Positions 13,350-24,206 of a stretch of DNA of 64,000 bases are shown here, one piece after another. Within the stretch, counting starts at the first letter, position 1, and each line of letters begins with the position of its first letter. The notes beneath the pieces are model-generated. The model was given only the letters and a program-made list of their open reading frames with translations. It was not told the DNA's origin and did not search any database. The translations under genes were made by a program, and so were the position numbers. Source of the DNA: Phyllobates terribilis (taxonomy: Eukaryota); NCBI RefSeq assembly GCF_046119375.1, contig NW_027362761.1:819640001-819704000 (forward strand), read 5' to 3'.

Positions 13350-14155
13350 TGATAGGAGCACCCACCAGGTGCTGCTAAAATAACGGCTTTCCCACTAAAG
13401 CACTGGCCAGCAGATCTACCTGAATGGGCCCTGGAAGGCAAAGACCCCTGTGACCGCATGCACCACCGCAGCTGCACCGGCTACGGCATCTCGGCGCCAT
13501 CCTGGCCTATGACGGAGATGGCCTGCATTCCACACTATGGTGACTTTTGCAGGAGAGGCTCCGGTCCCTTCGAAAATGGAGAGGGAGGACCTGGCTGGGA
13601 ATCCTGGTCCCAGCTCCGAATCCGACTCCCTGCAGATGCATCGTGAGGTGGGGTTGTGTGCCCCTGGGCCTAGCTCCCAGAACAGAGGCCTGCCAGCTCA
13701 CAATGGACCTGGGCATAGAGCATACAAGGGCCTTCCTGAGTCCACCCCACAGCACTCTGGTCCTCGCACCCAGCAGCCCACCAGACCAGGGAGATCATTT
13801 TCTAAAAAGGCCCACACATATTCAGGCTATGGGAAGGTCACATACCTGGGAGAAACCCCCCTGAAACTAGGCCACACTAAGGACACAGAGGAATGGAACT
13901 CGTCCCCTGCCTCATCAGATGACGAATGGATGGAACATGAGACTCCTTCATCCTCCTCTACTTGGAAGAAGTACCCAAGTCATTTGCCCTCTAAGGAGGA
14001 CTTTAAAACTTTAAAAGAAGCTTGTAGATCTGAAATTGCATGCTTGAGAAAGCACCTCGCAGGCCAAATGGACACTCTGGAGGGGGTCCACGATGTTACC
14101 AGATCTCATGTAGCAGATCTTCAACAGTTGATAAATATCTCAAAAGAGAGCTTTA
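13350..14155 (+). mobile_element. LINE-1-like 5' fragment (5'UTR and ORF1 N-terminus), antisense in uso1 intron 2
   Basis: ORF 13537-14175 ends in LPSKEDFKTLKEACRSEIACLRKHLAGQMDTLE, which resembles the start of the amphibian L1 ORF1p coiled coil. It is cut off by a TTAA MITE at about 14155-14460. Confidence 0.65.
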
Positions 14156-15578
14156 AAAGACCTAGAGTGCTCTGAATGCTGAGCTCTGTATATCCCCGCC
14201 CACACCACTGATTGGCAGCTTTCTGTGTACTCTGTACATTGACAGAAAGCTGCTAATCAGAGATGAGGGCGGGTTACACAAAGCAGTTGACAAGAAGCAC
14301 AAGGCAGCTAGTCCTCTAGTGATAATCTCCTGCTAATAAAACATTGAATTTATTGAAACAGCAAAACACAACCCAATAAGTGACATCGCCAGAATCAGGG
14401 TCTTTGCCTCTACATTATGCTGCTCTTAGAGTACATAGCAAAACATGTTGACACATTCCTTTTAATTCCTCTGTTACAAAAAAATAGGTTGAAAGTGAAA
14501 ACAATGGTGCTTTTTATTTATTTTTTACCATTAGAAAAGTCCAAAACATGATAAAAGGTAACGTCAGAAGTTTTGATCAATGAGTGTCTGTATGCCGAGA
14601 CCCCTGCCGCTAACTAAAACAAAGGAGTGCTGCTCTCATCCAAGACAGGGTCAAAAGAAAGGCTATGAGCATCTGGATCTGCGCCAATCAATACTTTTCA
14701 CATATAATTGACCACTTTATGTTTATATTGGGTAGTTCCAATATGGGCTTTCTTATGTATATAGGCAGCTCCACTTGGATATTATGTACAAAGTAGTTAC
14801 TTACCCATATTCAGGTCTCGATGGAACTATTCTATGTATTTATATATATTTTCTCTTTATATGTGGCTTACCATTTATGTATTCAATGCTGTTTAATCAC
14901 TTTTATATGTAAATGTCTATCATACCATATACTTGATGTTGTACATCTACCTGTTGGAGCTATGTGAATAATATTTTGGTTATTCTCTATACATTGTATA
15001 GGTCCAGGTGCTCCACCTCTCTGTCATCTGTGTTGCGCCTTGTTTTTATCTTGTGCATTTTTGTCCTTTATATGTTTTCAATAAAGTCTTGGGAATTTTT
15101 AACTCAGGCCATGTAGTTAATCTTTGCTTTAGGTACATTGGTGCTGTTGATTCTTAACTGGGCCCAAATGATTTATTGGTGTTTATTTATATAATTGACC
15201 AGTGAAAAAGGATTTGGACCAAAAAGTTAAAATTACTATGTGTTTAGGAAGTCAGAGATCAGACAGTTGTCAAAGTTTGGAATAGTGACAATCAGAAGTA
15301 GTCAGAATATGTGACAGCGCATTCATGAGTGACAATATGGCTGCACTTTCCGACGTTACTTTTAATTAATGCCTCTTTCTTCGGCACTACGCAAATTTCA
15401 GACACTATTTCTAGTATTGTCTGTGGTCACACGAGAAGTAACATGCAGACAGGAAGACACAGATCGGATTGCTAATAAATTACAGGAACAGCTCACTTTT
15501 TACATCATGAGGAGTTTGCCTATATGCATATAGTACCCAGCATAGCCACATGATCCATGTTCCTAGCCAATAACATAC

Positions 15579-15665
15579 CTTGGATAAGGATTTGAGGGCT
15601 CGTACGGCATCTCTTCGGTCATCAAGTAAGGTTGATGAGGCAACTCGATCACAAAGCTTCTGGAT
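15579..15665 (-). CDS. uso1: USO1 coding exon 2 (IQKLCDRVASSTLLDDRRDAVRALKSLSK)
   Basis: ccgcag acceptor, gtatgt donor, 87 nt, phase 0/0; the peptide is the conserved USO1 head-domain start. Confidence 0.97.
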
Positions 15666-18412
15666 CTGCGGATTAATAGGGAGATCATTAATACCTATAA
15701 GTACAATAGAAAACATGAACCATAGATTAGTTAGGTAAAAATGACCATATAGTTAGCAAAGAAAGCGGTGCAGAAATCTTCATTATGACAAACACCAGTG
15801 TAGGACATTTTTTATGCCTTATGCCATATTTTAATGTTTTCACCAGCCATGCAAGGAGAACTAGAAAAACAAAACCTGACACGATATGGATCTTATACTC
15901 ACAGGAATACTTAAAGGTGGTGACCATACACATGAAACATCAACTAAATGTTGCCGATGCCTGTCAGTAATTTACTCACCTCTTCCTGCTAAGAACACAT
16001 ACACACTAGGCTGAGTCCATTGTGGCCGTTTATGGCAGAGTTGGGACACAGCCAGCAGCTAATTAATGTATATGGATTCATATCAGGTTATACATTTAGG
16101 TTTAGCGTATACGCCAAAAAGTACACGATAAACATGCCTGAGGAGCCTCATTAGTCAAATGGAGACCAAAAGAGTGTTCTTCAGACCTCCATCTGACTGG
16201 AGGAGGTCAGCGTATTACAAAAAATAAAAGGCATGGAATAGTGTAGTAGATTGTGCTATGCCATCCATAGGACTCACTTAGAAAGCAAAGGTATACTTTT
16301 TTTTCATATTGAGTCAATGGGTATGCGTTTTCATGGTGTTAAATGGATAGCATTTGATCGTATGGGTTGTCAATGCCTGTTATTGATGTCTAAGAGTGGC
16401 ATCTATCACACTAAAAGGTGTTCTCCAAGGGTAAGACATTGATGATCTATTTGTAGGATAGGTTATCAATATCAGATTGGTGGAGGTCCAACACCCAGCA
16501 CCCACCCACCTGATCACTCTGCACTAGTGATGAGCGAACGTGCTTGGATAAGGTGTTATCCGAGCAGGCTCAATTCCTAACAGAGTATCTTCAGAATGCT
16601 CGGAAAATATGTTTGCGTCGCTACGGCTGCATGTCTCGCAGCTGCTCGCCAGCCGCAACACACGAAGGGATTGCCTGTTTGTTAGGCAATCCTTCCAAGT
16701 TCGTGATTCGAACATATATTCCGAGCACTCCGAAGATACTCGGCTAGGACTAGAGCGTGCACCCAAACATTGAATGCGCAGCTCCAGTCAGTGTAGTGGC
16801 TGCACTTCAGCCATAACCTTCTGTGATCCTCCAGTGAAAGGTTTCACTTGTCCCAACAGCTGCAAGCACAAGCACACAGCCCTTCACTATGCCGAGAAAG
16901 GTCTACAGCTCTTTTTTTAATTTGTACCAAGCAGAATAACATTACAGACTATAAATACAATTACATAATGCAATCCTGCCAGAAAAAGCTTTCTTTACTG
17001 AACGAAGGCTAAGGAATGATGGCATTTGGCATCAGAATCAATAACCGTCTCCTACTGTATAAATAGGGGAAAAGCTCCAGCACTCCGCAATCACTCTACT
17101 ATAGCAATTATTATTTTTCTATTTTAAGTCCAAGAAGCTTTTTTTTTTATTCACACTTAGCCAAAAGCTAACGCCTTATGCCCATACACAATAAGCTGAT
17201 TGCTCCGCCAAGGGCTCTCTCTTCTGACCCCGGAATTCTCGGCAGAGACCTCCTGTGTCCTCTATGAGAGCGTCGTTACCTTTGACGGTGGCTTATGTCC
17301 TGAAGAACAAACGGATCGTCCAGCAGAAAATCAACGAGTCTGGATCCTTTTCCCTTCCCACCCCATATCACCTATTGATATATTATAGACGGTCAGCTGA
17401 TTCCATCAAGATCGGCAAGATTGGCTGACAAGTGTAAGAGGGCCTTTTGAGGCAGAGAATATTTTGGCCCTACGGACATTTTTTTTCCTTTTTCCTCTTT
17501 CCATTCTGACAGTTATACTCAAGATGCACTATAGGAACCATTTTTTGGTACATATACATTGATGTTTAAATAGTAACCACACTTTTTTTTTATACAACAG
17601 TAGAAGTGTTGATATTTACTACTAAAAGAAAATGTCTCTTTCTCCTCTTAACTGTCACATTTTGTCTCTAGCACTGATTCACTCTCTAAAACTACTCAAA
17701 TCTGTCTACAAATCTGTCTGCAATAAAGAATCAGATTACACTGGCTGGCTATAAAAATCTATGGAAAGGAGAAGCTGGCTGTAGACAGAAGTCACAAGAA
17801 GAAACTGCTATGACTTTTAATACAGAGGGAATAAGACCTCATACGAATGTCCATTATTCTTTCATGTGTTCCATCAGTGTTTGTCACAGATATAAGACGT
17901 ACCTGTAGCAAACTCGGACAAAGTACAGCCCATGGGTAACATGTGGCCCTAAGGATGTTCCGATGCGGCCCGCAGACGGGACAGTAAAAGGGCTGAATTC
18001 AGGAGTGCCACACACCATGCGCCGCCCCTGCTCAGTGTGTCACTTTCACTGGTATCTCCATCCTGGGAATGCAGATACCAATGAATACAATGATGGAACA
18101 GGGATCAGTCAGCTCCCTCCCCCATCACCGAGCCTCTGCAACAGAAAATGTGCACTGAAAAAAATAAAAATCAGTTTTTCAAGTATGATAAAAAAAATTA
18201 GCCTCTGAGCGATACCCGATTGTTAGAAATTTCGCATACAAGTCATATAATGGCCAGGAATATACAGAAGAAAAGCAGGTCATCTAGTTTTTTTTGTTTT
18301 CTGGCATCCACTGATCATCTTATTAGAGCCATAATCCACCACCCGATCCTTCCTACCAAAGCCATCAAGGACATCACTATACGCATGAAATGGTTGGTGG
18401 GTTAAACATGAA

Positions 18413-18733
18413 AGGGCATCTGTCAGTAGGATCAACCCTCCTAAGCCGTCTATATGGTCATGTAGGAAGCTGAATAAAAGGATATCTTGGTATCTGTAAT
18501 CCGATGTCTTATTTCAGAGAAATCCACGTTTTTCTTATTGTAAGTAAGGTGTTAAGATCAATAGGCCAAACATAGATCCTGAGAATCTGCTTCAGAAATA
18601 TAAGAAAAGGCGTAGATTTCTCTAGAATAAGACATTGGATCGCAGATTTCAAGGTATCACTTTATTCAGCTTCCTATGACCTACATGCCCATATAGATGG
18701 CTTAGAAGGGGTGATCCTACTGACAGATGCCCT
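18413..18733. mobile_element. Palindromic T2-like MITE
   Basis: AGGGCATCTGTCAGTAGGATCA...TGATCCTACTGACAGATGCCCT|TTAA. Confidence 0.8.
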
Positions 18734-18770
18734 TTAATGTATGATACCAGTCTAAAATATTTACCTTAAA

Positions 18771-19380
18771 AGGAAACCTTATCACGAGGTTTGTCCTGTA
18801 TGAAGTAAGGCCAGTACCTGCAAACCCTCATATACAGCATTCTATAATGCTGTATATAAGCCCCCAATGTGGCCTGCAAGACAAGAGAAAGTTCTTTTAT
18901 TATACTCACCTGGTCCGATGGGCGTCTTGATCCGGCGCCTCCGCTCTTCTTGCTTCGCGTAGGTGATGCTCCCTACCTCGTCCTGCATTGCCCTCCTGCA
19001 CAGGCACACTTCTCTGCCTTGTAAGGGGCAGAGCAAAGTACTGCAGTGCACATGTGCAGAAAAAGGCCACAGAGACCTGGCGCATGCGCACAGCGGTACT
19101 TTACTCTGCCCGCAACAGGGCAGAGAAGTGCGCAGGAGCACGATGCAGGACTCTGTGTGGATGACATAGGATGCATCATCCACATGAAGCAGAGGAGGAT
19201 GGCATTGCAAGAAGAGAGCCAGGACCAGCGACACCCATCAGACCCGACTGCCCCGTAGATCAGCATACTAAAAGGACTTTTTCTTGTCTTGCAGGCTGGA
19301 TTGGGGGCATATAAACAGCATTATAGATTGCTGTAAATCAGCCTTACCTCATACAGGACAAATCTAGTGATAGGTTTCCT
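18771..19380. mobile_element. Palindromic T2-like MITE
   Basis: AGGAAACCTTATCAC...GTGATAGGTTTCCT|TTAA with long imperfect inverted arms. Confidence 0.8.
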
Positions 19381-20535
19381 TTAATCGCTCTCACAAGCAA
19401 CACTGCTTATCTTGGGGAATATAGTACAATTGTATATTGATCCTGTCCGATGAGGGCAAAAAGTGTTGTGCAGAGTCGTCTGTGCAGGTCTATCTGAAGC
19501 TGGGTTACTTCTGTGCGCTGCCATATGTACAGAGCCAATCTCCTATGTAAGCAATGCTCTGATGAAGAAAAGCTCTATATACATACAGCGCCCTATAGAG
19601 AGACAAAACATGGCTTTGGTACACAATGGAAGCGCAATACGACAGTGAGTGGGAGGCCTTAAAGGGGTTGTTCAAAACCATGATATCAATGACCAAGTCA
19701 TAGTATAACATGCAAAAAGGAGAATGAACAGGCTTTTATAGGGCGCTGCTGATCACACTAAAAAGATGGAAAACATAGCAAAGAACCATAAAAAATAGGA
19801 ACTTATAATATATACGTGAGTGGCGATTCTTCATCACTCACAGAGACGCCACAAAATCAGGTTGGCCGGTTAGTTTTTCTTTATCAAGCTATTCTTGGAA
19901 GAGGTGATCCATATCAGATAAGAGAGGGTCCAAAACCCAGACCCCTATGATCACCTGCTCTCAGCTCCGGTGGTGGCCAGATGTACACAGTGAACAGAAC
20001 AGATCCCATATCCAGCACCTGGGATCAGCCACAGCAGTGACCGAAGCGGGGTCTTCTACTCTGCACACATCCAGAGCTGATGGCTAGTGCTCGGTGGGGG
20101 CAAGGTGTGGAACCCCTCAGGTCTGATAATGATGACCTATCCTAAAGGCAGGACATCGATATCGTAGTCCTGAACAACCCCTTATACTTATTGCCGGCAC
20201 AGGGGCCCCCTCTCCTCACTTTACAGTGGAACACTCTGGCATAGCCCCAACCCTAGGCCCCCAGGTAGTGAGGGATCCCCCATGTATGTGCTTGATTCCC
20301 CGCCCCTATGATGAATGACACCGTGCCAAGGCATCCGCAGTGTGGGTGAAGCTATGCAGACCCATGTACCAGCCACCCAGGCGAATACATGGGGTCTCTG
20401 ACAGAGGCAGAGTGCAGCCCCCTCAGTGCAGTGCCAGGACAAAACATGGCGGCCACACACCTCATAAAGCCGAGATCGGACACCTCCGTGACGTCATGTA
20501 ATGTATAGGAAGCAGCCACAGGCTGCAGCACTCAC

Positions 20536-20604
20536 AGTCTCGGCTCCAGACGGCTGCACCCCGGAGCTCTGCTGACCTCCCATCACTCCCCTCAGGAAAT
20601 TCAT
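20536..20604 (-). CDS. uso1: USO1/p115 coding exon 1 (MNFLRGVMGGQQSSGVQPSGAET)
   Basis: The minus strand reads ttcaccATG AAT TTC CTG AGG GGA GTG ATG GGA...GCC GAG ACT|gtgagt. This matches the vertebrate USO1 N-terminus MNFLRGVMGGQ. 69 nt, phase-0 donor. Confidence 0.97.
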
Positions 20605-20859
20605 GGTGAAGGCTGCTGTCAGGTGAGAACGTGCCGGAGGATCGGGAATACAGAGCCCCAGCACTGGACACTCAGGCCCCGGTGCTGTGAAGACGCGGCG
20701 GGGTGAAGGGTGAAGAAGGGGCGGAGGGTGATGTCAGGGTACACGGCTGAGGAGTGATGACGTGGGCATCCAGGAATGAGACCAGGAAGCGGTCGGCGAC
20801 TAGCGCATGCGCGGAGGACGTGGCGGTGACGTGTAGGGTGCAGACTTGTGTCACATGAC

Positions 20860-20912
20860 CTCTCTGTACAACACACGGCTGTGGTCCTGTAGCTCCTCTC
20901 AGTAGTGTCCAG
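20860..20912 (+). other. Putative non-coding first exon of the divergent (plus-strand) transcript; start approximate
   Basis: Lies immediately downstream of the promoter motifs and ends at the strong donor gtccag|gtaggtga. Confidence 0.55.
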
Positions 20913-21110
20913 GTAGGTGAGGGCTGCGGGACAGTCGGTCACATAGCGACATGTGTCGCTCTACGGCAATTCTCAGGAGAGCCCCACTAGTAACTAGTCA
21001 CTGGAATGGAATTACTGCAGTGAGGGGGATAACGAGGCCCAGGTATAACTGAGAATACAGCTGGTTTGTTTTCTTTAGTAGTAATTACGTTATATACTGT
21101 ATATATAGAT

Positions 21111-21155
<45 letters not shown>

Positions 21156-21536
21156 TACCAGCTTTATGATGATTTCATGGCTTTTTAATGTTTTTCTTAA
21201 TGCCTTTTTAGGGAATTGCCCAGTTTTGCACCAGTCCTGTTCGCAGCACCAACACTCAGAAGAGTGGGCGGAGCGTCGTGGGGAGAGATTTAAAAGAGCG
21301 CCCCCGACAGTCACCATAATGTATAACACAGAAGTGCTATAAATTATTACAGATGTCCGGGGTATAATTTACATCACAAAAGTGGCATAAATATGATGAT
21401 TCTGTCGGCTGCTCCGTCACTGGCACCGCCCGCTCTTCAAACTGGTGGAGCTGGCTGAGACTTGTGTATAGACACGAAAAGGTGAATTCTATCAAAAGTG
21501 AACAATCAGAGCTATGTGTAATCTTTTTATATTATA

Positions 21537-22468
21537 TATTACTGTGTTATTGTCTATAACCCCGCAGCCGTATTACTGTGTTATTGTCTATCTAATCCCG
21601 AAGCCGTATTACTGTTATTGTCTATAACCCCGCAGCCGTATTACTGTGTTATTGTCTATAACCCCGCAGCCGTATTACTGTGTTATTGTCTATCTAACCC
21701 CGCAGCCGTATTACTGTGTTATTGTCTATCTAACCCCGCAGCCGTATTACTGTGTTATTGTCTATCTAACCCCGCAGCCGTATTACTGTGTTATTGTCTA
21801 TCTAACCCCGCAGCCGTATTACTGTGTTATTGTCTATAACCCCGCAGCCGTATTACTGTGTTATTGTCTATCTAACCCCGCAGCCGTATTACTGTGTTAT
21901 TGTCTATCTAACCCCGCAGCCGTATTACTGTGTTATTGTCTATAACCCCGCAGCCGTATTACTGTGTTATTGTCTATAACCCCGCAGCTGTATTACTATG
22001 TTATTGTCTATAACCCCGCAGCCGTATTACTGTGTTATTGTCTATAACCCGCAGCCGTATTACTGTGTTATTGTCTATAACCCCGCAGCCGTATTACTGT
22101 GTTATTGTCTATAACCCCGCAGCCGTATTACTGTGTTATTGTCTATAACCCCGCAGCCGTATTACTGTGTTATTGTCTATAACCCCGCAGCCGTATTACT
22201 GTGTTATGGTCTATAACCCCGCAACCGTATTACTGTGTTGTGGTCTATAACCCGCAGCCGTATTACTGTGTTATGGTCTATAACCCCGCAGCCGTATTAC
22301 TGTGTTATTGTCTATCTAATCCCGCAGCCGTATTACTGTGTTATTGTCTATCTAATCCCGCAGCCGTATTACTGTGTTATTGTCTATCTAATCCCGCAGC
22401 CGTATTACTGTGTTATTGTCTATCTAATCCCGCAGCCATATTACTTTGTTGTCTATCTAATCCCGCAG
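21537..22468 (+). repeat. 33-36 bp minisatellite (about 26 units) made of a repeated 3' splice-site-like sequence
   Basis: Unit ccgtattactgtgttattgtctat(ct)aaccccgcag. The last unit ends at 22468, 26 nt before the ATG at 22495. Confidence 0.95.
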
Positions 22469-22494
22469 AATTCTCATCCAGTGTGAACTGCATA

Positions 22495-23955
22495 ATGGCG
22501 AGGAAAAACCCATTCAACCTTGTTGGCATAGCAGACCTACTAGTTGTAGAGTGCAGTCGCTGGTCCCGAATTCTTCCACAATGTAGCCCGTTACCAGGAG
22601 GCGCTCCCATTAATGCATGGCTCCGTGGCCTGTTGTCTCTACAGATTGGGCGAGAATTACAGCGAGAGGGAATGATTCGTGATGGAGACGTGCGTGAAGG
22701 CATTATGGCCATCAGTGCTGTAGGAGGGGCGCTAAAGATGGACCCCACTAAGTACCTTAACCAAGTGTCAGTGAATGAGCTGATCAGACAGTCAGCAGGT
22801 GCTGCCGCAGTCGCATTAGATGACATAAGTGTCCCCGTGGAGGTAGATATTTGCACCATCACAAATGCCTGGCCTGCAGACTTCCCTGTGCAACCAGTTA
22901 GCAACATCATTTCATTTGACCCTGCCCACTGGGCTGCTTGGTTACTGACTCTTGTGCCTGGAAGTACTGGATTAGTGGCCACATGTCAAGCCTCTAATGC
23001 TCCAGCCGGAATTAAACCAGTGCCTGTCAACGGGGAACTTCATCCTTGGGCAGTGGCAATGTACATTGATGTTAACATCGTGACTGGGGCAGCTATGAAA
23101 CAACGCGTTGAGGATGACTTGGCCATCTTGGAATTGTTATTGATCATTGCTCTCTTTTCCCGTCGATCGGCTGCACGTCATGGTCAGATCATCAACTTAA
23201 TAGTGTTAGGGATTACAATTGTGACCAGTGGTGGGCATATCACAAATGGACAAATTCGGAAGATTATTAAACAATCTAATGTAGATACAGTTGACTTCAC
23301 CCGAGAGATGGTCCTGAAGGGATGGGACTTTTTCTCCATGCATTGTTTGCATGGGATGACAACAGGAGATGACTTCAGACAATTGTTCCAACTGCTTGAA
23401 GCTACCGCCCGACCAATTTCCCTGTGTCTAGCATCTTTGTGCCAACAAACTGAGCTCAAGATGTTAACTCCGATTGTGACAACTGTTCGAGCGATCAAAG
23501 ATTTCCAAGACTTCCCATGGCAAGAACTCTTTGATTTGATAGTTCTTCAAACAGGGACTGATGAATTGGGACCTATTCAGCAGTATGGGGCATATATAGC
23601 CACCCCTCCATCAGCACCCCAGCCAGTCAGCACAGCTGTTACTGATGCTCCTCCTGGAGGTCACTGGGCAGGGTGGGAATTGATTCAGAGAGAGCGTCCC
23701 CAAGGCCACATGAAGATCTCCAGCTTTGTTAATAGCCTATATGCTGCCATTCAACTAACAATCCAGGTTGGTGGTAACATGGCTTTGAGACAGTATAAAG
23801 TTTTGCAGAACCATACTGTGCCACTTAAGGACATCATTGATAACTGGATTGTGCGGTATGTACAAGCTCGAGCAGTTGCTCGAGGAGTTGCTGCTGTCAG
23901 CCCTGCAGTCGCTGCTAGTGCTGGACTCCAAGCCATACGAGCTTTGCACTTGTAG
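22495..23955 (+). CDS. Intact 486-aa ORF, endogenous viral element resembling a chuvirus-like (Jingchuvirales/Mononegavirales-type) nucleoprotein
   Basis: Non-repetitive, stop-free and intronless, with Kozak cataATGG. Motifs LASLCQQTELKMLTPIVTTVRAIKDFQDFPWQEL (23428-23530) and SFVNSLYAAIQLTIQVGGNMALRQYK (23722-23799) resemble, from memory, the QQxxxxxLTxxxxIxRAIxxYPDFPW and SxxxNLxxxAxxLxxxxGxxxLxxY blocks of chuvirus N. No cellular protein is recognised. The family assignment is by motif recognition only. Confidence 0.72.
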   Translation: MARKNPFNLVGIADLLVVECSRWSRILPQCSPLPGGAPINAWLRGLLSLQIGRELQREGMIRDGDVREGIMAISAVGGALKMDPTKYLNQVSVNELIRQSAGAAAVALDDISVPVEVDICTITNAWPADFPVQPVSNIISFDPAHWAAWLLTLVPGSTGLVATCQASNAPAGIKPVPVNGELHPWAVAMYIDVNIVTGAAMKQRVEDDLAILELLLIIALFSRRSAARHGQIINLIVLGITIVTSGGHITNGQIRKIIKQSNVDTVDFTREMVLKGWDFFSMHCLHGMTTGDDFRQLFQLLEATARPISLCLASLCQQTELKMLTPIVTTVRAIKDFQDFPWQELFDLIVLQTGTDELGPIQQYGAYIATPPSAPQPVSTAVTDAPPGGHWAGWELIQRERPQGHMKISSFVNSLYAAIQLTIQVGGNMALRQYKVLQNHTVPLKDIIDNWIVRYVQARAVARGVAAVSPAVAASAGLQAIRALHL

Positions 23956-24021
23956 TGATGCAGTTACTCCTCATGCGGACTAGTTGGCATCCTGCAAGGA
24001 AATCTGTAGTCTGTGTTGGTA

Positions 24022-24206
24022 ATTAAAGAGTGTACCCAAGTGTTATCAATAGTGCCTTCTAAAGTACATAAGAGGCAGTATCTACTCACCGATGTATTTG
24101 TAAGTTATGTCATGCCCTTCTTCTCTTGTTCAAATGCATGTATTAGAAATCATACTACACCACTGCACAATTTCTGTTTTTAAGAATTTAAAAAAATAAA
24201 AAAAAA
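24022..24206 (+). terminator. Candidate poly(A) signals of the viral-like gene
   Basis: ATTAAA at 24022-24027 and AATAAA at 24195-24200 within an A-rich tract (24190-24206). Confidence 0.45.

Larger units (their letters stand above)
20460..20960. promoter_or_regulatory. CpG-island, probably bidirectional promoter of uso1
   Basis: CpG-dense. Contains a perfect NRF1 palindrome GCGCATGCGC (20803-20812), ACGTGGC (20818-20824), TGACGTGG (20758-20765), TGACGTG at about 20827 and E-box GTCACATGAC (20850-20859). A plus-strand donor CAG|GTAGGT lies at 20912/20913. Confidence 0.8.

Noticed and set aside
21537-22468. Regular repeat arrays as CRISPR-like loci
   Set aside because: Units are head-to-tail without unique spacers, the context is eukaryotic, and there are no cas genes.
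22201-22494. First 98 aa of the 584-aa ORF-track entry
   Set aside because: It starts at GTG inside the minisatellite and translates repeat units. The credible start is ATG 22495; ATG 22273 is considered only as a conditional isoform.
22413-23949. Minus-strand ORFs of 61-189 aa overlapping the viral-like gene
   Set aside because: Antisense shadows of a real coding sequence with no recognisable motifs.
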